Positions 13,891 through 25,800 of a stretch of DNA of 64,000 nucleotides are shown here, one piece after another. Made by a program: the position numbers and the translations under genes. Numbering within the stretch: the first letter of the stretch is position 1; every line of letters starts with the position of its first letter. The stretch is from Antedon mediterranea (taxonomy: Eukaryota > Animalia > Echinodermata): the NCBI RefSeq assembly GCF_964355755.1, contig NC_092679.1:3130201-3194200 (forward strand). Direction: 5' to 3'. The notes beneath the pieces are model-generated. The model had not been told where the DNA came from, searched no databases, and saw only the letters and a list, made by a program, of their open reading frames with translations.

Positions 13891-16800
13891 TCAATCGTTG
13901 AATAATTGGTCATCTTCATACTCTGTACCTAAAAGAAAGTAAAAAAGCCCAGAAATTAAGAATGGTGATATGGATTACTGTGGTAATTCTAGAGCTAGTA
14001 CATGCAAACAAGCGCCGACCTAGCAGAAGGTGTGATTTTATTAAGAAGAAGAAAATGTTCTGATCAAGAAGCATTAGTCTCAAAATCCTGGTAGAAGAGT
14101 GGAGTTGTGGCTTGGTTGTTATGATGCTTGGCTACCACTCCAAGGGTCCTGGGTTGAAGTCCTGTCACATGTCAGGATTTTTTCTAAGGACAAAATAACA
14201 ACTCCATTCCCAAAGACTTGTAATAAAGACTTTGTTTATGTAGAGCATCTTGTGTATATGTTTGTCTTGTGAACCTCTGAGGGCCCCTAATGATCAGCAA
14301 TTGCTGGATGGATCACCCTCATTAAATATGGTATAAAAAAAAAAATAAATAAATTTAAAAAGCTAGAGGAGGCATAGCACTGGATGATATACTAATGGCT
14401 TAAACCGTTCAGAGTACTGTATAATGAAAAGTAATTGTTGTTTAGGTGCCTGCTAAATTGGACTTGGAGTAAATGTTGAATTGAATGAATGAAAAGGAAG
14501 TAAATACTTCATGCTAACCTGTCGGAGTGATGTCGTGAATGTCCATCCCGCTTCTAGCGTTGGCCAACATCTGACTTAACTCCTTTTCAAAATCATCAGG
14601 AGAGGTTGAAACGAGTCCTCCATCGTCTTGCACAGCTAGAGAAATAATCATTGTACTGTATTAATTCACTTGAATACAATTTAGTCGGGAGTGTCAAGCA
14701 TGTCTTAAAGGGAAGTCCAGTGAGAGCAGAGAGGAATCCAATCCAATGGTTCAAACACAAGAACATTACACAAGCTGTGCCAAGTAACTTTATATGAATT
14801 TGAATGAATGAGACATGATACATTGTTTAAAGGTTTGCAAGGCGAATAAAGTCATTTAGGTTTGTGGTACACCATGTGTTTTCAAAAGGAAAGAATTGAG
14901 TTAAGAATGTCTAGTTAACTAGTGCACTGGTGACCCCTTCAGTCAAAGACTGGTCTCCCAGAGTGCCAAGTTATGATCAGTGGCTGTGAGTGAACTAGTA
15001 CACTGGGGTAACCCCCTATAGTCCTTATCCGAGAAGACTCGTTCTACCACCAGAACGATGGAGCGAGTGAGCCTCGAACGGTTCCACTGTCTTTATCCGC
15101 TCGGCCACTCACTCGTTTTCATAAGATAAGAGAAACCAAACACTTACCCAGGGTATTAGTCTTTGGTATATTGACTGCACCTGCATTGAATATTTTAGCA
15201 GTGTCCAATTTACTATCAGATGATTCTAATGTTTTATCCTGGTGACCATTATGTTGTTCATCAACCAACGAGGCATCGACATAATCCCCGCACGGTGTCG
15301 TGGAGATTCCGGTTCCTTCTGGAGACTTACTTTCACCTGGAATGACTTGAGTTTTATGGATTGCACTTGATGTTGCCACGACTGGCTGCTGTATATTGCT
15401 GTCTATAGTACTGTTGCCAGATTTTGTGTTAAAATTGGGTGTATTTGTCGGTGTGTCTGTATGCGTGTTGGCTATTGAGGAGTCTCGCTTATCTGTTTTA
15501 ATCATTTTGTTATCCAGTGTTGCATTTGAGTTACCTATTGTAGAAATATTATTATCTGTTACTGCACCTTGGTTGACCTTTGAACCTATCGGTGCACTTT
15601 CAAGCTGAGTGTCTGTTGTGTGATTGGTTGAATCACCTTTTACTACCTTTTTATGCGGACTTGTATGTTTAACAATAGTTTGTGGCTGTGTTAAGAGCTT
15701 AATGTTCCCGGTGATCATTATACCCGGGGGTGACCCAGCCGTGACCTGCTGCTGGATGACCCCCAGTGGATCTAGCGGCTGTCTAATTGGCTCGCTCGTC
15801 TCAACATCTGTCGCAAGTTGAGATAACAATGGATTACAGTCCTGTGTGCTTTGGGAGTAGAATGAAGGCAACTGAGAAGCCTCGCCAACAATATCTGAAC
15901 CACATTCCCAAAGTTTCTCTGAATCTTTTTTCATGCTCGTTAGATAATCAACATCATTTATTGCCTCTGTTATTTCTCTTTCAATCAAGTCCGATTCTTT
16001 TTCCTTGTTCAAATCTGATGAATTTGTGAAAACTCCTTTACTTTGAACAAATGTTGATATGTGTCCATTGATATTTGTTCCCATGGAACCAGTCCTAGGC
16101 ACCTCACTGCTTGGTGAGGGAATATTTTCATCTGGTTTTGTTTGTTGTCCCAACAACGCCTGCCTTTGTTCTTCTGCTTGCCGTGTACTCTCTCGATTCC
16201 GATGCAGATAGACGGCAATCTCTTGCTGCAGACTTCTTTGAATTTCATCATACCCTTTAGTCTAAATAAATACAGAAAATATAAATGACATATGATACTA
16301 CTGTACTTTAAAAATGTGATTTGACCATATTTGGACATGATGTCATATCACTACCATATTTGAACTTGTTAATTTATTTAAAATGGTATAATACTCACTG
16401 AATCTTTCTTAACTTCCCTATCAAGGTCTAATCGTAGTAGCGCCTTATTAACACGTAATGCATGAGCGAGCGCCATTAATCCTCCGGTACGGATATCATT
16501 TTGTCTCACATCTAGTCTCACCATTTGGCAGTTGTCTGCTAGGCATTCAGCTAATGCTACGGCTCCTGTTTACGATGCAAACATAGTTTAAACATTTATT
16601 TTTTATTCCGATATCAATGTTTTTTATTTAATCAATCTCACACAAAACCAAAATTACAGAAATATTTTGTACTCCAATTTCTGAATTTTTTAAATTTATA
16701 TTTTATGTTCAGTGCAATTGTTTCATCTGCTTAGCCAATCTTTCACCAACCAGGGGTAAATAGGTGATTAGTGGACCCTTCTGACTGTTTCTACATTTAT

Positions 16801-19800
16801 CATAGTTTAGCAAAACTGTCCAGTAGTTTACCACGGCTCAATTACCTTCATCTGATATCCGACATTGATATAAGCCTAATCGTAGAAGTGAGTGGTTCTT
16901 CATGAGGGCGTCCTTCACGGTGTGAATACCTTCGTTGCCAATGTTATTTTGTCCTAAATTCAAGGTCTCTAGTGTTGTCAATTGTGGCTGAAACAACAAT
17001 ACATATAATATTTCAAAACAGTTATATTAACAATGTCTTCCTTCACCTCCCTAAAACCTAATATATAATAGTTAAAGTACAAAGCATCAATAAGCTATGC
17101 CCAAATATGACAGTGTTACTGTATGACATCATCATGTCCATATACAGTATAGGCACATCATATTTGTTAAATATATAATAAAGTTTGATAGTGTAGAAAG
17201 GAGGAGGAAGCTTACGAGAATGCATCTACTTATTAATATTCTAAGTGAATTCACAGTAGGCCTATAGGTGCATCATTTTCTTTGTGTCTCTTCCTTCAAC
17301 TCACCAAAACCTAATATGTAAAACGTCAACACAACTCAAATGTACAAACCAATGCTTTTGCCAGATGACGCATTCCGAGATGTGTTATCTGGTTATTCCA
17401 TAGAACCAGCGTTGAAAGGCGTCCAAACTCTTGATCTATTAAACCATCGCACAGATGAGAAAGTCCAACATCCTATGCAAATACACAAAATAAGTGGCGG
17501 TGATCATCTGTGAATGATGCATTTATAGGCCAGCGGCGTAATGCATGGGGCAAAGGCTCCTTGCTTAGCATACTTAAGGGGCACCATCCAACGCTGGGTA
17601 GTTGCATTATGGGTGCTCATGCTGTGTGGCCCCTTTAGCATGGTTCCCACTAGGATGCAACGCAAGCCGTGAATTGATCAATCACAATAAAAAGTTTGAA
17701 TAATCCATCACTTGTGATTGGTCAAATCACTTACGTTGCATTGTATCCTAGCAGGAACTAAGCTACAAATGAGCGCTCATAGCCATTATACCACTGCTGC
17801 TATATGCCCAAATAAACCAACAGTATTGAGGGTAGCCAAGACAATGTATTTGTATACCTGTAAATGATTGTTACGGAGATCAAGAAGCTTAAGTCCTTTA
17901 TTGTGCTTTAGCATGCTCCCGAGTTGGATAGCGTCGGATGCAACCAAACGATTTTCGGCAAGGAAGATATCACGTAAAGTTTGGTTTAATTTCAATGCTA
18001 AGGCTAAAAATAAAAACAGATTATTATTATTATTTTGTCCACAGCCTACACCAGACTTCAGTTTAGGTCCCACAGTTTATTTCCATCAGATAGAATATTT
18101 GTGCTTTATGCTTTTGATTAGCAAAAAGTATCAACTTACTCAGTATAAATAGAGGGCGTCCTGTCAAGTTACAATTTTCTAGATGAAGGATATTGATTGA
18201 TATGTCATTCCTCACAGCTCGGGCAAGCGCCTGAATGCTAGGCTCCGACCAGACTGTGTTCCTTACATCTAGATGTTCTAAACAAGAAGTCTGAAAAACA
18301 AAATGTTAAAAACTGACCATTTTTTTCACTGTAGGTATACTGTTAAATAATTGAATAACAAATTCTCTAATTATACACATTATCAACATGCAGTATGCGA
18401 GTTTAGGTTCTTTTTTAAAGAGTTTGGAGAAAGCTCTGTCTACACTATAAAACTAGTCTGACAAAAAAAAGTGTGATGTGCCCAAATATGGTAGTGATTT
18501 ACCTAAATAGTGATATGACATTATCATATTATGGGCACATCACATTTTTTGTCACATAAAGTTTGATAGTGTAGACGGAGCTTAACACTGTCTTATATTT
18601 TACAGAAATTTAGTTATTTATTATTTTAATTTCTCATCCCAAAATAATTTATCAAAAACTGTAGGTTTAATCTCTCACAGGATGGATTTAATGATCTCAA
18701 GCTAATTTGAACAACTCATTTATTTTCTTGGTACAACATCCCTAATTGATATACTTGTCTCTTATACAAACAAACTTGGTTGGGCCTAACCTTTGACCTT
18801 AAATTAAGTCTAGGTAGATGTATTGACAGATAGAAAGCGTATGTTGCCATTAACATCCAATTTGAAAGATAATTATGAAATGTAAGAGATGCCTTTAAAC
18901 TAACAATAATCAAATACACCAAGATGAAAGATGTCTTGCAATAGAAATTCAGAAATGTATGCAACAAATTGAAAATAAGACTACAGTGATCTTCAATTCA
19001 TTCCTTTATTCATAAATATTTTATACTGTAACTAAATTCATGACAAAGAAAACATTTGGCAAAAATTAATAAAATCAGGGGCATATCCGGGTTTTTTTGC
19101 AGGCCATCGCCAAACAAGGAGCGAGCAATCAAAGAAGGTTATTCATTTTTTGTAATAATGTATTTTTGAAATACACTATAACAACACAAAGAGATTTTAG
19201 TTTTAAGGAAATTAAAAAATTATATAACAAAGCAAACCAATTACATAATATATTTTTGTAACTATTATTTAAATGCAGATTGTAGGCTTTTAACTGATTG
19301 AAATTTGTCTTATCAAATATGTAATTTCCTTAAAGATAAGTACAGTATAAATTATTTCATGTAAAAAGCAATAAATTGGCTTAACAAAGTTAAATAAATA
19401 TTATTAATTGAAGATCACACATGTATGTATGAGCATGGAGTAATGGTATGAGAGTTGTTATCCGAAAGATTGCAAACTCTCTATCTAATCAATTTATCGT
19501 AGGACAGCGACCCGTCACAAATTGATCTGTCTTCAAATCTGTAGGGTTTAAATCGAAATATCAATTTAAAATTCTATTCATGTGAATTTTTAATAACATT
19601 TTTCTGTCAGCTAAATACTACTAAGTATTGTATTTGTTTTGGCACTAAAAATAAATCATAAAAAAAATGGCAATTACAGGAAATTTGCAAGTGAATTATT
19701 AATGAATTCATAATTTTGTTGCAAAAACATTCATAGATTCCTTGTTTTCTCTATTAAAATCAATTTTTTTTTTACTAGACCAACGTTGTATTTAATTATA

Positions 19801-22800
19801 ACATGGAGTTTTACCTTCACGATTATAATACATGTGAATTTATATTAGTAGGCTATTTATTATTGTATGCATAACAACCCACTTTTGGTTTAAAGACCCC
19901 TTCCCTGCAATTTTGGACGTTTTTTGGAAAATAATACATATATATCACTTTAAAAACATTAAACCATGTCATTCCTTGTCTTAAATGTACGTTTTATGGT
20001 AAATTATGATAAAAAGTGAGAAACAATGCACTACCTAAGTAGCTCGCGGCGATCGACCTCTCGTGGACGGTCTTAGGCCTAGCCTAGCTAGGCTTAGTTT
20101 TGTAGGCCTAGCTGGTAAACATCGATAACGTACGAACATCGTACGCTAGCTATATACCTAGCCTGACGTTGTATAGTTGCTGCATTAATTGTCTTTCTAT
20201 TTTTGCCAGACTCCGTTGATACAAATTGGGGAAAACCCGGTATTTTCGCTGAAAAGTTAGGAGTCTTCCATTTGTTTTGGCTTCACGATCGATCGAAAAG
20301 TGGGCGAATTACAGGTGAAAAACAAAAATATCAATCCGCGCGCAATGCATTTTGGGATTTATAGCGGGCCTCTATAATTATTAGAATCGATTTATTTTTC
20401 ACATTTTTAACCGTTTAAAGACGAAAATAGTTATCGCAATAGGACCATATAGTATTATTTTTACATTAAATCTAGTTTGTGATCTTAAAATAGATCTAAA
20501 AAACGTAGGGAATGGGGCTTTAACATTAAAGAATTGATCGTAAACCTAACTATATACAGTACACACAGTACAGTACACCATGGAGTAAAAATTCTTTATT
20601 CCATGAGTACACTAGTAAAATAAAAAAATATTTGACATAATAATAAACATTAATCATTATCTCCTTTTTTATTACAAAAAATATTTTTTTTAAGGTATAT
20701 TTAATCTCATTTCTTTCTTTAAAATCTTCTAGTAATGAATTTGTATCTGTAAATTCTCATTTAATTTACTGTTTCCTAGAATCTATAAGCCAAAGTTCAT
20801 TTTAAATCACATTTAGAAACAGACCAATAGGAAACCAAGAGTTTGCTACTTAATATTCACAGGACCACTCCCAGTAAGGGACCACCTCCATTAAGGGACC
20901 ATCACTTTTCAGAGTATTTTACCTATTATATCTCGCACTTTAAACACTATTTGAATGGTGTTTAATCTATTCTTATGTTGGTAATTACTATTGTTTTAAT
21001 TGTATATGATTAATTAATCAAGATCTTCTATTGAATGAATCATTTTATAAATGATAGTTCCATTAGTAGTCTGCTAGCAATTTAACTTCTTTTCTTTGAT
21101 TGGTTGTTCTGCTTGAATGACCTTAGCATTGGATGTCAGTAAAAATATGGATTCTTCCATTTTGGTTATATGGTAACTAGTAATATTCATTGAAAATAAA
21201 AACTATTTTCAATTTCTCTTTACAAAAAATAATGATTCACCTTATGATTCTTAATATTAATATTGATATAAAAATACATATTGTAGGTATTTGTGCAAAT
21301 TTATTTAATATTAATTGTTTTTATTATACTAGAACTACCTATTAGTAAAATAGAACATATGTTACTTTCAACTTTGACCATTCTTAAGAGCAGCAGACTA
21401 TAACAAACATGGCTGAAGCAGAAAAGGAGAAGCCTACTCAAATCTCTGTGGAGAGTGGAGCAAAAAGGCTGTGTTTGGACATGAAAACAAAGGTACAAAT
21501 TATTCTGGATAAAAGTGAGTCCCCTAAAATTGGCCAGAGACAGTTAGCTAGGAAATATGGATGTAGCAAGTCACAAATTCAGAGAATTCTTAGTCATCGA
21601 GCTGAGATAATTAAAGACTGGGAATCGGACTGTAGTAGCACCAGGAAGAGAGGCAGATCGGAAACGTACGGCGCTATCAATTCCTACTTGTGGGAATGGT
21701 ATCAAAAGTGTATACAATCAAACATTCATGTAAATGGACGTATGCTTCATGACGAGGCGTTGGCTTACGCCAAATTGACCGGAGTGACTGCTTTTGACGC
21801 TTCACGAGGCTGGCTTGAGAAGTGGAAAAAACGACATGGGGTCGCATTCTCCGATTCAAACCGTGGAAGACCAAGTATTGATGGAAAATTTCAGAACAGT
21901 TGGGCAGAACGATCGAGTGAATTAATGTCTGGTTTTCAAGCAGAGGACATTTGGAACATGGAACTAACGGCAATCTACTGGAAAGCACTACCTACAACAA
22001 TGTCCTCAGAAAGCGAAAGAGGTATCGAACAAACGCCTAACCGGAAATTGACATGGGCCTTTTTCTTTAATGCAGCAGGTGAAAAAATGGAACCAATTGT
22101 AATTGGCAAAAATAAATTACCGATGAGTTTCAGGAAGTTGAGAATGCCAGAAAGACCGTTTGGATGTCGTTATTTCAGCAATGTGAAAAGTTTGATACAA
22201 ACGAGCATAATGAAATTAACATTGATGAGACTTGATAGGCGGTTAGCCCTTGAAAGAAGACAAATACTACTATATTTAGACACGGCTCCTTATCATCCAA
22301 AAACTTTACGAGACTGCGTACAAAACATACACATTGAGTTTTTGCCGAAAAAATCCCCACAACACACTCCCGTGCTAGAATCACATTTGATACGATCATG
22401 GAAGATTAAAACACGGAATCGATTCTTGCGGTATGTATGCAGCAAAGTTGGAAGTGGGCTGACCGTTGAAGAAATTGCGGAGACGGCCAGTTTACTCGAT
22501 ACTATACAATGGGGGAAGTTAGCCTGGGACGAATTAGATGCACACACCGTTACCAAATGTTTTAAAAAGATTGGACTTTTCTCAGATGAAGCTGATGAAT
22601 TGGACGATCTTTACGATGGTGTAGAATTCATGGATTTAAAACACCTCTGCGAAAAGATAGACAGCGGGTTTGACGCGATGCAGTATATCGAAGATAAGGT
22701 GCCGACGTGCGAGATACCAGTTGATGCGTCTGATCCGAAATGGCGAGAAATGCTGCAACAACAACTAATCAAGAACATCATCATCAACCAAAGTGGCGAA

Positions 22801-25800
22801 GCGGATGATAACGATCTTGGAAATAATCACACTGATGATTACGAGTTTGTAAAAGATGACCCGATGTTTAAGTCCTCGTCTGAGGCGTGCGATTCTCTCG
22901 AGCAAATTAAACTCTACGCTAATAACATTGATGATGAGGATTTGGCAAATATGTTAGAAAATGCGCTTGATAGATTGAGAAGTATAAGTATAAATCAACG
23001 GAAGGAAAAGATGTACACTAGTGTAGATCATGATAGAACCGTATTAAATGAACTAATGATGGACCAACACTCTATGGAAGATCAGGATGATCGCTCTGGA
23101 AGCATGTTGCTGTTAGATGAGGACAGTGTTAACTTGCCAGAAACAGAAGCAGTTAATATTAGTGACCCGACCAATACCGACCTGGCACATGACCCCAACA
23201 ACCCTGTCCATCCTACTGCTAAGGATGATGAACAGGATGTTAGTGACCCACCACATAATGTACTGAATCAACAAGATATTCGTGACCAGACTTCTGAAAC
23301 TCGACCCTATATTAGTGGCTCTTCAGATACTGTAGAAAAGCCTACCACTAGTACCATTGAACATACTGTACTTCATCAACACAGTAATAACAGCTCACCA
23401 TGCGCTATTATGAATGAATATAGTACCCAATCGCATTCTGTAGTAAACACAAAGTATTTTACCCCTCCTGCACATACAATATCTAGTGCAATACTAAATA
23501 AACCTGACAATGACATTCGTGATTCGTTACCAAGTAATCCTATCTTACCTGGTGCCCCATTACAAATTCCTAAACCTACTATATGTGATCCGATGCACAT
23601 CACATTCAAAGATGTCAAACACAATGACATGACCCGAGCAGATGTTAGTGAGCATGCTCAATCTGCAGCTGACCTTTGCCATACTGATGTTAAAGATGTC
23701 CCCATGGACTAAGGTACTAACCATGGGTAACTGTAACGTGCATACGCAACATATATTTATATTCGCTTAAGTAATTGTATCTTACCAAAATATTATTAAC
23801 AGATTATTTGTTTTAATTTTGAATTAATAAAATAATTGAGTATGAATGTACCAACAGGACTATTAAATGTTTTTGTGTTTAAAACTCAAATACGTGATTT
23901 TAGCGCAGCATAGAACACTTCAGTGCTTCCATGGTGTCACAGTGGCGTGTGAACACTCACTGGCTGAACCCAGGGGCCCCACAAGATGACGTCTCAATGT
24001 AACTACCCAGTTTTTTAGGGCCCCTTAGGAGTGCTAAACCTGGAACTTGCCCCTGCGTTACACCACTGTGGTGTCGTCTAATGAATATGTTTCCTGCTCA
24101 ATAAAATACTGCAATTTAATTGTAGGCCTTTTTTCCTCAATTGTCTGGCATCAAACTTGTCTTTTTGAGAATTTGTCCAAAAACCATAAATAATTTATTC
24201 TACAAAAATGACCTACAAAATCTAACCCATGTAAATGCCTTCATTCCCACGATAAACCTTATATTTTTCTTGTAAGTTGTTTTAAAATATTTATGTAAAA
24301 TATACTACTACATAATCTGTTTTTTTTTTCTGTATCCCTATATTGGTTGTCCATCAAAGAAAATATGATACGACATGCAGATATTTTTAGATCTACTTTA
24401 ATGAGAATGTACGGCAATGAAAGTGAAGCCACGAGAGCGCTTTTGCATCTAATGTGTCTGAACTGAAGACCACTTAACATATTACCTCTCATTAATAATG
24501 TCTAATGAAACCAATTAACAACCTTGTATTGATTAAATTTCTCTCATCTCATAGAGGATAATACAATCTCAGCAGTAGATAAGATAAACAATATTATGTT
24601 GAGGAATGATAGATAGGAGATTGATTGGGCTTGCCATGCAGTTGTAGCATATTAGTCAACATTATGTCAATGTTATGAATCGTAGCTTCTCATCCATTCT
24701 TGATCTTAAAACAATTATTATGACAGTATTGCCTATAAATAATATGGCACAGTTCTTTTCTATCTTCCCAAGCATTCTTTAATAAAACAGTTTATTTTTC
24801 CATCTAAATATAGTACTGTAACTTTGCAACTGCAATTCTAATAATTTTGTTATAATAATGTATAAATGATGACAATTGGTATACAGTATTGTATGTTAAT
24901 TTTTTTTGGATTACTTTTTATTCTAAAGTCTTGTCTATACTATCAAACTTTATGAGACAAAAAAATGTTATGTGCCCATAAAATGGTCATGATGATGTCA
25001 TATCACTACCATATTTGGGAACATCACGCTTTTTTTGTCAAACTAGTTTCAAAGTGTAGACAGAGCTTTAGCCTACTGTATACATAGTGTATACATAGTA
25101 TATTTCGAATTTGCTTTACAGCTGCCACCCCCACAAGCATTTTGGGGTTTTTTTGCCTATTATTTTTTTAATCAAAAAATAAAAAGGAACAGGTTAGTTT
25201 ATGTAGGAGTAGAACAGATAAAAAGACACTGAATATGTATTGTAGTATCAATTTATGTGTAATTATATTATTATGAACAAAAAAATTACGTTTTGAGAAA
25301 AGTGATAAAACTGAAACTATGAAAAGCACTCACTGTAAACCAGCAACACATTAAGCCTTTATGTGAAGCACTACTCACATTGTCATTGATGTCCTCACTA
25401 ACACATTCTCATTTCTTAATGTGGAATTGAAACTGATGATAATAATATACATGAAATATATAATAATCTCACAATTGTTAAATGAAATTTTTGATTAAAT
25501 ATTCTAAAAAGGAAAAATTTTAAATGGTGATAATATACATTAAAATAATAATCTCACATTTTTTGAATAAAATAAAATTTGTGACTAAAAAAAAAAATTA
25601 AATGTGATTAAATATTCTAAAAAGGAAAAATTTAAAATGCTGATTAAAAAAAATCATCACATTTACAATTTCCATTGGGGTACTTTTATGGGGTACTTTT
25701 TATTAAATGTTAATTTTTTAATGTCTTTCATAATATTTGGATATTTTATTCTAACTTGGTAATTTATTTACCTTTGAAAGTAGACTTAATTGACGGTCAA

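Noticed and set aside
15396-16029. Plus-strand ORFs of 65-80 aa
   Set aside because: Antisense shadows of the large PPP1R37 exon; the same applies to minus-strand ORFs within 21409-23712.
21409-23712. Active autonomous Tigger transposon
   Set aside because: No TIRs or TA TSD found nearby, and two of three catalytic motifs are altered.
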